From an uncultured Lentisphaeraceae bacterium (lineage in GTDB: Bacteria; Verrucomicrobiota; Kiritimatiellia; RFP12; UBA1067), in the NCBI GenBank assembly GCA_964636295.1, contig CAZWQY010000001.1, forward strand, positions 92,447 to 156,446: a stretch of 64,000 bases of DNA, written 5' to 3'. Under the pieces are notes generated by a model. The model saw only the letters and a list, made by a program, of their open reading frames with translations, did no database searches and was not told the origin of the DNA. Position numbers and translations under genes: made by a program. Shown in pieces: positions 1 to 8,826 of the stretch; positions within the stretch are counted from its first letter, which is position 1; each line of letters begins with the position of its first letter.

Positions 1-506
1 CGCGCATGGAGAATGAAGCCGCGCGCACCCGCCTGCTCGGCCGCGTCCAGGAGCTCGAAGACGTTCGTCTGCCCCGGATGTGGCCCCAGGCGCGTCTTGA
101 GCGTGACAGGAAGCGACGTGTTCTCGCGCAGGGCGGTGAGCAGCCGATAGACGCGCGCCGGGTCTTCGACCAGCTTCGCGCCCGCGCCTTCGCGCGTCAC
201 CTTCGTCATCGGACAGCCCGCGTTGAGGTTCAGTTCGACAAAGCGCGTGCGCACGGCTTCAACCGCGCGCGCGGTGCAGGCGAGATCCGTCTCCTTCGCG
301 CCAAAGACCTGGCAGGCGACTGGGCCTTCCCCCGGCATCGTCTCCATCAAGTGCCGCGTCGGCGACGAGCCGTGCGCCAATCCGGCGGCGGACACCATCT
401 CGGTGTACGCGAGATCCGCCCCGCCCTCGAAGCAGAGGCGACGAAACGGCGCGTCCGTAAAGCCCGCAAGCGGCGCGAGCACGTACTTTGGCAAACGGGC
501 TTTCAT
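1..506 (-). CDS. dus: tRNA-dihydrouridine synthase (Dus family), N-terminal 168 codons; gene continues past window start
   Basis: Minus-strand translation from the ATG at 506..504 gives MKARLPKYVLAPLAGFTDAPFRRLCFEGGADLAYTEMVSA...NLNAGCPMTKVTREGAGAKL, the Dus flavin-site pattern. The ATG overlaps the TGA of the upstream gene (ATGA). The plus-strand ORF 6..938 is its antisense shadow. Confidence 0.8.
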   Translation of the reverse strand, partial: MKARLPKYVLAPLAGFTDAPFRRLCFEGGADLAYTEMVSAAGLAHGSSPTRHLMETMPGEGPVACQVFGAKETDLACTARAVEAVRTRFVELNLNAGCPMTKVTREGAGAKLVEDPARVYRLLTALRENTSLPVTLKTRLGPHPGQTNVFELLDAAEQAGARGFILHA

Positions 507-3500
507 CGTTCGGAAGTCGCGCCCGCGCGGACGCGGCGGACGACGAGCGTGCGGTTTGCGCGGGACGCGGCAATGCGGCTGCGGTCATTGATCAGCTCGA
601 TTACGTTCGGCCGATGCCAAGTCTCGGCACGCGGCGCGACCTCGCGGCGGATGCGCACCTCCAGCGCGCCGTCCACGACGGCGGACGCGACCGTGCAGAC
701 AAGCCCCGGCGCCGACGGATCGTCCGACGCGGAAAAGGCAAACGGCTCGGGCAGGTGCTCGACGTGCGTGTACCCCTCCGGGAAGCGCACCGTCACCTCC
801 TCGAACGCCGCGTCCGCCGCATCGACGGCAAACGGCGTCCGCCGCGCACGGCCCGTGAACGCGGGAATCGACGAGACCAGCGCCGGAAGCCGCAACGTCA
901 TCGTGTCGCCGTCAACCGTCGCGAAGTCGGGAATGTAGCAGGAGAACGTCAGCGTCGCCGGATAGCCCTCGACATCCGCAACCAATTCGCTCGTCGCGCT
1001 CGCCGCCTGCGAAACGTCGCCCAGGATCGACTGGTGGAGACGACTGCGGTCTTCCGGCAGGATCTCCGCGTACCGCTTCCGGAAGGCGCCGACCCCGCTG
1101 CCCCAGATCGACGAGACGACCGTGAGATCGACGGCGCCGTTTTCGCGCACGAGGTAGGTCGCCGTCTCGCCCGTGCGGTCGCGGAAATCGTCCGCCGGCA
1201 CCGTGACGACGCCGAACGCGCCTGTCGCGGGATCGAAGAAGTCGCACCCCTCAAACGCCGACGGCCCGAGCGGCGCGTACTCGTTTTCCGTCCCGACGAA
1301 GGTCGTCGTCGTCTCGCCGCCGAAGCCGAGGAACCCGCCCGCGCGGACACGCACGCGACAGAGCGCAAAGGCAAACGCGCGCACGTTCGGCTTGCCGAAG
1401 CGGATTCGGTCGCGGACACCGGCCGGTTCGTCCGCATCGTCCGCCGCCAGAACGATATCCGCCTCGTATCCCGCGCCCTGCAGGAGCGCGCAGAGCGTGC
1501 GGACGTAGTCGAGGCGCGTCGCATAGCGTTCGCGCAGGACGGTCGCCGGATCCGTCAACTGAAGGTCAAGCGGCACGTCGTAGAGATCCGGCCCCGCAAT
1601 CTTCACGTGGCGCGCCATCCAGTCGCGAATCGCGCGCAGATCCGCGTCCGCCGGCAGAAGCGGCGAACGAAACGGCGCAACCTTCAGGTCGACGGCGGCG
1701 AAGCGGTTGGACGAGACAATCACCCGGTCGCGCCAGAGCGACGCCGCCGGCTGGCCCGGCTCCTTCGGCACGCGGCGCGGATGGCGCACCTCGCGCCGCC
1801 AGTCGTTCACGCGCACGAAGCGGCGGCCCAGCGGCTCGTGCGAGTCGAAGCCAAAGACGCCGTAGTACGCCGCCGGCGCGTTCGTGACGGCACGGACGGT
1901 CGTGTAGGAGATGACGCTGCCGATCTCGACGGACGGCAGGTTCACGACCAGAATCTTCGCGGCCGGATAGCGCGGCGCGGACGCCGCCCAATCGCAGTCC
2001 ATCACGTTCTGTTCCCGCGCGGTGACGGACTGGACGCGGCCATCGCGGTTGCTGACGGTCGCGGAGACGAGATCCAGCGTCTCGACCGACGGATTGAAGG
2101 CAAACGTCAGCTCCGCCGCGCCCTTCTTCCCCTTGTAGGTCAGCACCTCCTGCACGACGCGGTTCGTCACCGTCCAGGCCCGGTCTGAAACGACGTCAAC
2201 TTCCGTCGATTCGTCGATGCGACGAATGTCCGCGTCGGCGAGCGAATCGACGGCGAAGACCGGCTGCCGCCGCTCCGTCGCCTCGACACGCTTGATTGCC
2301 TCGCGCAGGTCTCCGTATTCGGACGGCGCGAACTCGACCTGCGCGACGGCGAGCTTCCGACGCGCGCGCAGGACGCCGTTCGAGACGGCAAACGCGCGTT
2401 CATAGGAATAGCCGCCCGCGATCGTCTCGGCCGGCGGCAGTTCCTGCGGCGCGCCGACGACACCGGCGAGATCGATCTCCACACGTTCGTCGAGGGCGGC
2501 CGTCGAATCGAGGACGAGCGGGAACGTCCGCCGTTCGAGTGACGTGTTGCCCGACAGGAGGAAATTGACGAAGCCCAGCGTCTTCGTGACGAACGGCACG
2601 TCCAGCCGATCGCATGTCTCGCCCCGAAGAAGCATCTCCGGCAGACGGGCGGCGAGCCGCACGCGAATGGGCGTCTCCGTGTCGCGCATGTCCGTTGGCT
2701 CGACCTCGCAGCGGATCAGTTCCGCGCCCGGCGCGAGATGACGGACGGCGCGCTCGAAGAACTTGACGCGGTCGTCGCCCGTCATGCGCACAAGCGCGGG
2801 ACGGTAGACCGTGTCGTTCACGCCGCCAAAGCGGACGTCACATTCGAGGACGAGCGAGCCGTCCCGCGACAGGACGCCCTTCGTCTCCGCCGTCAGCGCG
2901 TTGTGCGCGGAGTCGGGCGTCGGCGAAAGCCGCAGGACATCCCCTTCGGGGCGGCAGACGAGATAGCTCTTGTCGCTCTCGTAGGCCGGGAAGAGATCCT
3001 TCGCGTTCTCGTTCGTCGGGTCCATGAGGATGTAGCGAGGAGGTTTGGAGGTTTGGGGGTTGCCTTCAAAACTCTCCTCCACAGCAACAATCGCATGGTT
3101 GAAGAACGGCTGGGGCACGTCAGGGTCGAGCTTCGCGCCGACGTTAATGAGCACGGGGAACGCCTTGAACCCCGCGAGACGCAGCATCGCGACGAGCAGC
3201 CCCGCCTTGTCGCGGCAGACGCCATAGCGATTGTCGAACGTGACGTCCACGTCATGCGGCGCATAGCCGGGCGACGTGTCCTCCATCGTCAGCCCCATGT
3301 AGCGCACTTCCTGCGAGACGAACTTGAAGATCGCGCGCAGCGAGCGGAGCTCCTTCGCCTTCGCGACCATCGCGGCGTTCGTCTTCGCGAGATGCGGCGC
3401 GCAGAGATTCCAGTACCACCGCGAGATCTCCGGCCAGTCCGCCGCCGTCGAGACGCGCAGATGCTGGACTTGCGTGTAGAGCGGCGGCATGTCCGGCTCC

Positions 3501-4171
3501 GGGAAGACCTGCGGCGAATTCGTCGCCGTGAAGACGTGCAGCATGCCGCCGTCTTCGGTCGGCGTCTCGGATGAGGAGACGTTGCCCAGCGGCAAGCGGA
3601 TCGCCTTGCGCTTCAGCGGACGCTCTTTCGGCGCGCGAATCTCGACGCGCGAACGAAGAATCGGATTCGACCACGCGAAGAGCGCCAGATCCGACCACTG
3701 GCCCGCACAGCGCGGCTTCACGGCACGGCGCGTCGTCTTGACGTGCAGCGTCTCGCCGACGGCGAGACCGGGGACGGTGCAGACGATGCGGCGGTCGAGC
3801 GGATCATAGATGTTCGCGGACATCAAGCCGTTGTCCGTCGCCTCGCGCGTCGTCGCCGCGACGTCGACCGTGCGCGCAACGCCATTCGTGCCGACGATGC
3901 GGACGAAGTCAATCACCGCCGTACCGTAGCGTTTCGAATAGCCCAGCGTAACCGTGCTTTCCTCGCGACGGCCCTTCTCGGTCAGGACCTTCGTCCAGCA
4001 CTCGTTCTCCTCGACGTAAGTTCCGTCGGGATTGTACGCGACGCGCGTGACGTCGTCCACCAGGACCGCGTCCGCGTCCGGAAACCGCGCGCATGTGACG
4101 TCGTCCGACGCACCTGCGACGAGCGCCGTCGTCAGCACCAAAGCAAAAAGGGGAAAGGCATCGCACTTCAT
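503..4171 (-). CDS. large secreted transglutaminase-like (cysteine-protease fold) protein with DUF3857/DUF3858-like flanking regions
   Basis: 1222-aa ORF with an N-terminal signal peptide (MKCDAFPLFALVLTTALVAGA). It has a transglutaminase-core motif GVCRDKAGLLVAMLRLAGFKAFPVLINVG followed by FFNHAIVAVE (Cys/His/Asp triad). High GC3 codon usage. Its stop overlaps the dus start. Confidence 0.7.
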   Translation of the reverse strand: MKCDAFPLFALVLTTALVAGASDDVTCARFPDADAVLVDDVTRVAYNPDGTYVEENECWTKVLTEKGRREESTVTLGYSKRYGTAVIDFVRIVGTNGVARTVDVAATTREATDNGLMSANIYDPLDRRIVCTVPGLAVGETLHVKTTRRAVKPRCAGQWSDLALFAWSNPILRSRVEIRAPKERPLKRKAIRLPLGNVSSSETPTEDGGMLHVFTATNSPQVFPEPDMPPLYTQVQHLRVSTAADWPEISRWYWNLCAPHLAKTNAAMVAKAKELRSLRAIFKFVSQEVRYMGLTMEDTSPGYAPHDVDVTFDNRYGVCRDKAGLLVAMLRLAGFKAFPVLINVGAKLDPDVPQPFFNHAIVAVEESFEGNPQTSKPPRYILMDPTNENAKDLFPAYESDKSYLVCRPEGDVLRLSPTPDSAHNALTAETKGVLSRDGSLVLECDVRFGGVNDTVYRPALVRMTGDDRVKFFERAVRHLAPGAELIRCEVEPTDMRDTETPIRVRLAARLPEMLLRGETCDRLDVPFVTKTLGFVNFLLSGNTSLERRTFPLVLDSTAALDERVEIDLAGVVGAPQELPPAETIAGGYSYERAFAVSNGVLRARRKLAVAQVEFAPSEYGDLREAIKRVEATERRQPVFAVDSLADADIRRIDESTEVDVVSDRAWTVTNRVVQEVLTYKGKKGAAELTFAFNPSVETLDLVSATVSNRDGRVQSVTAREQNVMDCDWAASAPRYPAAKILVVNLPSVEIGSVISYTTVRAVTNAPAAYYGVFGFDSHEPLGRRFVRVNDWRREVRHPRRVPKEPGQPAASLWRDRVIVSSNRFAAVDLKVAPFRSPLLPADADLRAIRDWMARHVKIAGPDLYDVPLDLQLTDPATVLRERYATRLDYVRTLCALLQGAGYEADIVLAADDADEPAGVRDRIRFGKPNVRAFAFALCRVRVRAGGFLGFGGETTTTFVGTENEYAPLGPSAFEGCDFFDPATGAFGVVTVPADDFRDRTGETATYLVRENGAVDLTVVSSIWGSGVGAFRKRYAEILPEDRSRLHQSILGDVSQAASATSELVADVEGYPATLTFSCYIPDFATVDGDTMTLRLPALVSSIPAFTGRARRTPFAVDAADAAFEEVTVRFPEGYTHVEHLPEPFAFSASDDPSAPGLVCTVASAVVDGALEVRIRREVAPRAETWHRPNVIELINDRSRIAASRANRTLVVRRVRAGATSER

Positions 4172-4178
4172 TCGTCGT

Positions 4179-4187
4179 ATTATATCA
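4179..4187 (-). promoter_or_regulatory. extended -10 element (TGaTATAAT) 7 nt upstream of the ATG of the 1222-aa gene; implies a leaderless mRNA
   Basis: Minus-strand read: gatgaTATAATacgacgaATG. There is no room for a Shine-Dalgarno sequence. Confidence 0.45.
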
Positions 4188-4224
4188 TCTTTTCCGACGA
4201 GTCCGCGAACGCGACGCGGCGCAT

Positions 4225-4310
4225 TGGAGCCGAGGGTCGGATTCGAACCGACGCGTCCTTGCGGATCCTGATTACAAATCAGGCGCAGTCAACCACTGTG
4301 CCACCCCGGC
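4225..4310 (-). tRNA. tRNA-Thr(UGU)-like with an unusually long, type-II-like variable arm (86 nt)
   Basis: Minus-strand sequence GCCGGGGTGGCACAGTGGTTGACTGCGCCTGATTTGTAATCAGGATCCGCAAGGACGCGTCGGTTCGAATCCGACCCTCGGCTCCA. Hand fold: 7-bp acceptor stem (one G-U pair), U8, A14, GG in the D-loop, anticodon stem CCTGA/TCAGG, loop TTTGTAA (U33, anticodon TGT, A37), T-arm GTCGG-TTCGAAT-CCGAC, discriminator U, encoded CCA. The variable region ATCCGCAAGGACGC forms a TCC-GCAA-GGA hairpin. Confidence 0.7.
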
Positions 4311-4415
4311 AGGGCGTGTGAGGTTTGTAGTATATCATAAAATCCTCTCTTATGGGGAGTCCCCGCAGGGAGAGGCCGCAAACAGGCAGAAGAATGAATA
4401 TTTTATTCATCTACC

Positions 4416-4444
4416 TTGCTTGAATCAGCAATATTTGCTATACT
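4416..4444 (+). promoter_or_regulatory. sigma70-type promoter for the XRE regulator gene, with a small palindrome in the spacer and an AT-rich inverted repeat just upstream
   Basis: -35 TTGCTT (4416-4421), a 17-bp spacer, and -10 TATACT (4439-4444), followed by a GGAG ribosome-binding site and the ATG at 4476. The spacer contains GCAAtatTTGC. ATGAATAtttTATTCAT (4394-4410) is a perfect 7-bp inverted repeat upstream. Confidence 0.5.
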
Positions 4445-4475
4445 TCATTCAAACATCTTCTTTTGGAGATAAGGA

Positions 4476-4703
4476 ATGGCGTTCTGTTATAAAAAGTTGT
4501 GGCATCAGCTGATCGACCATGACATGTCGCGCACCGATTTGCGCGAGGCGACGGGCATCGCCCCAGCGACCCTTGCCAAGTTGTCGAAAGGCGAATCTGT
4601 CGGCACACCGACGCTCGAGAAAATCTGTCGCGTCCTGCACTGCAATATCGGCGACATCATGGATTATGTGCCGGATGAAGCGATGCCAAACGTCCGAAAC
4701 TGA
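4476..4703 (+). CDS. XRE-family helix-turn-helix transcriptional regulator (Cro/C1-type); candidate R-M controller or island regulator
   Basis: 75-aa protein LWHQLIDHDMSRTDLREATGIAPATLAKLSKGESVGTPTLEKICRVLHCNIGDIM, an HTH_3 pattern. A strong ribosome-binding site GGAGATAAGGA lies upstream. Confidence 0.8.
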   Translation: MAFCYKKLWHQLIDHDMSRTDLREATGIAPATLAKLSKGESVGTPTLEKICRVLHCNIGDIMDYVPDEAMPNVRN

Positions 4704-4768
4704 CACTAAACGCAAACAACTTTGAAAACGCAAATGAAGAATCGCTAAACAGTGGGGGTGGTATAAAT

Positions 4769-5755
4769 ATGGAATGCCGTGAATCGCAAATGGACGTGCC
4801 GTCTTCAACTGACATTGTGTCCACTGGAGACGAGTTCATCAAGTCGCACATTTATACGGTGCGCGGCGTACAGATCATGCTGGACAGTGACCTTGCAAAG
4901 ATATATCAGGTCGAAACAAGGGTGTTCAATCAATCGGTAAGGCGAAACGAAAACAGATTCCCCCCAAATTTCCGCTTTCGACTGAGCATGGAGGAGTACC
5001 GATCTTTGATGTCACAAATTGTGATATCAAAAGACGCGCGTGGAGAGACTCGCGGCGGGCGACAAAAAGCCCCATACGTATTTACGGAACAGGGTATCGC
5101 CATGCTGTCTGGCATTCTAAAAAGCGAAGTGGCCGTTCAGATGAGCATCAGGCTGATGAATGCTTTTGTTGTCATGCGCAAAGCGCTTGCCTCAATTGCC
5201 CCTGTTATGTCTAGATTGGATGCTCTGGAACAGCGGCAGATAATCGACCAAACACGTAACAACAAGAATCAACTGCGCAACGAGGAACGATTCGACACAA
5301 TCTTCAAGGCGATGGACGGTGGCGACTTTCCCCAGCAGAAGGTTTTCTTCGAAGGAAAGCACTTTGATGCCTATTCGTTCGCGAAAAAACTCGTCCGAAA
5401 GGCCGTGAAAGCCATCGTGCTGGTCGATGGATACTGCGATGACGTGACGCTTGACATCCTCTCACAGAAGAAAGACGGCGTCTCGGTCTTGGTGGCAACT
5501 GCTCAGAATGTCGTCGATCGACATCTGACACCTGTTGCCGTGGCAAAGTTCAACAAGCAGAATCCGTCTCTATCTGTCAAAGCCACAGCCGCATTCCATG
5601 ACCGCTTTCTCATTCTTGACGGCAAGGAACTCTATCATCTTGGCGCGTCTTTGAAGGACCTGGGGCACGGTATTGCGCCGTCACGAAGATGGACGAGATG
5701 TTCATTCCGTCGATCATGCAAAGAATCCATGCATAAGGAACATGCCGGAAAATGA
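4769..5755 (+). CDS. ORF6N domain protein (phage antirepressor/KilA-N-like DNA-binding N-terminus); C-terminus possibly frameshifted
   Basis: IYTVRGVQIMLDSDLAKIYQVETRVFNQSVRRNENRFPPNFRFRLSMEEYRSLMSQI...APYVFTEQGIAMLSGILKS matches the ORF6N signature. The C-terminal region HDRFLILDGKELYHLGASLKDLG is typical of the family, but the last ~30 aa look aberrant. The stop overlaps the MTase ATG (ATGA). Confidence 0.75.
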   Translation: MECRESQMDVPSSTDIVSTGDEFIKSHIYTVRGVQIMLDSDLAKIYQVETRVFNQSVRRNENRFPPNFRFRLSMEEYRSLMSQIVISKDARGETRGGRQKAPYVFTEQGIAMLSGILKSEVAVQMSIRLMNAFVVMRKALASIAPVMSRLDALEQRQIIDQTRNNKNQLRNEERFDTIFKAMDGGDFPQQKVFFEGKHFDAYSFAKKLVRKAVKAIVLVDGYCDDVTLDILSQKKDGVSVLVATAQNVVDRHLTPVAVAKFNKQNPSLSVKATAAFHDRFLILDGKELYHLGASLKDLGHGIAPSRRWTRCSFRRSCKESMHKEHAGK

Positions 5756-7830
5756 AGAATCTCACGACAAAGCCATGCACCGCATCGCGCGAGGGGAACG
5801 ACGCAAAGGAGCGCATCGTCCTCGTTGCGACGTACAAGGGCGAGCAGCTGACGAAGTGGCGCGGGTGGTACAACTACCCGATTTCGGACGACGACAAGAT
5901 CGGCGTGGACGACGCGGCGAAGATCACGGAGCTGTGGCTTTTCAACGGCACGAAGGAACAGCGGAACTACACGGCGGCGTTCGTTGGCGTCAAGACGCGA
6001 CAAGAGTTGATTGACGACTACGGCTATCCCGCCAAGGGCAAGGCGCACGGCGACAAGTACCTTCTCTTCAAGACCGAATTCAAGTATCGGCACAAGGGCG
6101 ACACCCCCGACGATGCCGCGCGCGTCATCGTCCGCACGGCGGACTTCGCGACCGCGCCCAAGGTGCGCAAGCAACTCAAGGCCTACCTCGAATCGCCCGA
6201 CCGCCACGACCCGAACTTGGCGAAGCGTCTGCCGGAAATCATCACCCATCTCCGCCCCGAACAGCTGCGCGTCTGCGAAGCGGCGGTACAGTTGGACTTC
6301 CTTGACGAGATTGTTCCGCAAGTAACCGAGATCGTTAAAAAATGCGCGAGGCCTGGAAGACAGAGTTTTTCGTTGGCAACGGTTTTCAGCGGCATAGGCG
6401 CGATAGAGCAAGCCTTGTTGCGCAAGCACATAGACCATGAAATTGTGTTTGCCTGCGACAATGGCGACCAGACCCCCTTTCACTGCAAAGCGGTCAAATG
6501 GCAAGAATGCGTAGATGAGTTCAATTGCCTCAGCCGGTTTGTCGACACGATACGCCCAACATCGGAAAGCCAACAGAGCGCAGCAGAAATTATCCGAGCG
6601 CAAAGAGATTCTATCCAAAGGTTGTTGGATGGAGCACCTGCGACGAGCAAACGTCCGGAACGAGAGTTGAAAGATCGCGTTCACATGTTGCACGAGGCGG
6701 TTGGATTCTACAAATTCCGCATGACATGGGAGCACGAGTCCGACTGGAAAGCGCGCAAGCATTTGGTTGATATGCTTTATCGCCCGCTCTTGGATCGCAA
6801 CAAGGTTCGCAAATCATATGTGGCAAATTACGATGTTGACGACGAACGGTTTCATTGGAATGTTTCCTTCTTGGAAGGAACGCCGTATCGCGACAAGGTC
6901 GACTTGCTGGTCGGCGGCAGCCCGTGTCAGTCGTTCAGCCTGGTTGGAAAACAGATGGGATTGTCGGACACACGCGGCACTCTCTTTTACGAATATGCGA
7001 GACTTGTCTCCGAGATCCGCCCAAGGTGCTTTATCTACGAGAACGTCCGCGCAGTGTTGAGCAATGACAATGGTCGGACATGGGAAACGATGTCTCGCGT
7101 CTTTACAGACTTGGGGTACGACTGGAAGCACGCCGTTCTCAACGCCAAAGACTATGGGATGCCGCAAAACAGAGAACGCGTCTTTGTCGTTGGATTCCGC
7201 AAAGACCTCAAGGTCGAAGATGCCTTTCAGTTTCCAAAACCAGTTGAATTGACGCGGACGATGCAGGACTTCTTGCTTGACGTCGTTCCTGGGAAATACT
7301 ATCTGCCAGAGAAAGGCGTCGCGTTTGTTCTTGACGAGGGCAACCTAACGAAACGATATACGCAAGTCGATGGGAAGGTTCAATTGTGCCAAAAAAAGAA
7401 TCAACAGTTCAATTGGCACGGAGATTTCGTCTTCGTTGACGAGGAAACAGCGTCTCGCCTTGGAATGCCGGAGATGGAGAAGTATTATCTTTCCGAGAAG
7501 GTCAGGAAATATGTCCTCGCATCTGGAACCAAGACGTTCTATTCTCGTCCTCAAACCGATTTGCCGGTCGCCCGTCCGTTGTTGACTTCAATGCATAAGA
7601 TGCACCGTGCGGGCATAGACAACTATATCACGCGCGATGGACGAATCAGGAAATTGGCGCCTCGCGAATGTCTGCGCCTGATGGGATTTAGCGATTCGTT
7701 CAAGATCGTTGTGGCTGACACGTCAATGTATCAGCAAGCGGGAAACGCCATCGTTGTTGATGTTCTTGTGTCGATACTTGATTCAATCAAGGCGACAATC
7801 CCTCAATTCTTCATGAAGGAGAACGCATAA
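5752..7830 (+). CDS. DNA (cytosine-5)-methyltransferase (Type II R-M, Dcm-like) with ~200-aa uncharacterized N-terminal domain and large insert between motifs I and IV
   Basis: Motif I ATVFSGIGAIEQAL, motif IV GGSPCQSFSLVGK, and the ENV motif FIYENVRAVLS. The 692-aa protein is much longer than canonical ~350-450-aa m5C MTases. The N-terminal ~580 nt have visibly higher GC than the rest of the gene. Confidence 0.9.
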   Translation: MKNLTTKPCTASREGNDAKERIVLVATYKGEQLTKWRGWYNYPISDDDKIGVDDAAKITELWLFNGTKEQRNYTAAFVGVKTRQELIDDYGYPAKGKAHGDKYLLFKTEFKYRHKGDTPDDAARVIVRTADFATAPKVRKQLKAYLESPDRHDPNLAKRLPEIITHLRPEQLRVCEAAVQLDFLDEIVPQVTEIVKKCARPGRQSFSLATVFSGIGAIEQALLRKHIDHEIVFACDNGDQTPFHCKAVKWQECVDEFNCLSRFVDTIRPTSESQQSAAEIIRAQRDSIQRLLDGAPATSKRPERELKDRVHMLHEAVGFYKFRMTWEHESDWKARKHLVDMLYRPLLDRNKVRKSYVANYDVDDERFHWNVSFLEGTPYRDKVDLLVGGSPCQSFSLVGKQMGLSDTRGTLFYEYARLVSEIRPRCFIYENVRAVLSNDNGRTWETMSRVFTDLGYDWKHAVLNAKDYGMPQNRERVFVVGFRKDLKVEDAFQFPKPVELTRTMQDFLLDVVPGKYYLPEKGVAFVLDEGNLTKRYTQVDGKVQLCQKKNQQFNWHGDFVFVDEETASRLGMPEMEKYYLSEKVRKYVLASGTKTFYSRPQTDLPVARPLLTSMHKMHRAGIDNYITRDGRIRKLAPRECLRLMGFSDSFKIVVADTSMYQQAGNAIVVDVLVSILDSIKATIPQFFMKENA

Positions 7831-8816
7831 TGAAGATCAATGGCACAGAGTATGCGTTTCAAGACGTATCAAAGGTCTTGACCGTTCCCGATTGCAACGT
7901 TATAGGTCCAAATAAACTTGGAACTGGCAATGGAGAGGCGAAGTTCTATTTTGGCTCAAAGCTCAAACTGGAGGAGTTTACCCTCGGAAGTAAAACGCTC
8001 GAATGCTTCTTCTTGAAGTCGGATCTGCTTGCCTACATGAATGCGGTACAGAAAGAGTATGAACATCCCTCGCAGAATTATGTCGGCAAAGATTCCATGG
8101 CCTCGCTATGGAATGACCGAGTCGCTGAAATAACAAAGTTGCCTGAAATCATCGAGTTTACGGTTGATGTCCAGAATCAAATAGCAGGCCCACGGGGGTA
8201 TCTTAACTCCAAGGACGCTGCGTATAAACTTTTTCGCAAGTTGTCGTTGCCGCTGATCAGTTACATTTCCATCATGCGATTGACGAGTCCTAAGGGAACG
8301 CCCGTTTACTACTGGAAACTCTTTGTTGATTTTGAAGCGATCCAGCAAAAGACAGCGGTACCACAAGTGTTTACATACGGCAAGAGTGAAGAGAAGAAGC
8401 CCGTCCCCGTCAAAACAAGACAACAAACGCAACAAAAGGCCTACGGACGAGATGCCAGTGCACAGGCAAAGTATCGCGAAAAACTCTTGTCGGAGTGTCC
8501 ATATTGCCCGATAACGAATATTTCAGATGAACGGCTTCTTATCGCCAGCCACATAAAGCCATGCGCCGTGTCCGAAAAGAACGAGGCATTCGATCCAAAG
8601 AACGGTTTTATCCTCTCTCCATTGTACGACAGGCTTTTTGACCAGGGCTTTATTTCATTTGACGAGCAGAAGTGCATGATGGTATCGAATTGGATTTCTC
8701 CGGCAAACCAGAAACGATGCCAAATCAAATCGGGGGCCTTTATTCAGATGCTCCCATTGGATGAAAAGCGTGAATTCTATTTGAAATATCATCGGCAATT
8801 TGTGTTTAAGGGGTGA
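7830..8816 (+). CDS. HNH-family restriction endonuclease (cognate REase of the m5C MTase)
   Basis: C-terminal CPYCPITNISDERLLIASHIKPCAVSEKNEAFDPKNGFILSPLYDRLFDQGFISFD is an HNH_2-type motif. The ATG overlaps the MTase TAA (TAATG). The ribosome-binding site is AGGAGAA. The ~230-aa N-terminus is the presumed recognition domain. Confidence 0.75.
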   Translation: MKINGTEYAFQDVSKVLTVPDCNVIGPNKLGTGNGEAKFYFGSKLKLEEFTLGSKTLECFFLKSDLLAYMNAVQKEYEHPSQNYVGKDSMASLWNDRVAEITKLPEIIEFTVDVQNQIAGPRGYLNSKDAAYKLFRKLSLPLISYISIMRLTSPKGTPVYYWKLFVDFEAIQQKTAVPQVFTYGKSEEKKPVPVKTRQQTQQKAYGRDASAQAKYREKLLSECPYCPITNISDERLLIASHIKPCAVSEKNEAFDPKNGFILSPLYDRLFDQGFISFDEQKCMMVSNWISPANQKRCQIKSGAFIQMLPLDEKREFYLKYHRQFVFKG

Positions 8817-8826
8817 AAGGTTGTTT

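Noticed and set aside
6-938. Long plus-strand ORFs rich in Arg/Ala/Gly. The track entries are 6-938, 488-2188, 2738-3574, 15734-16855, 17715-20675, 22734-24233, 24262-28767, 28488-30212, 29773-31377, 33610-36477, 36484-41328, 41927-44311, 44449-46542, 46404-47837, 47901-49496, 51838-54900, 54915-56273, 58058-59182 and 59814-61385.
   Set aside because: Each lies antisense to a minus-strand gene with clear conserved motifs (rpoB, rpoC, htpG, clpC and others). Low-complexity Arg-rich translations are the usual antisense artefact of high-GC coding DNA.
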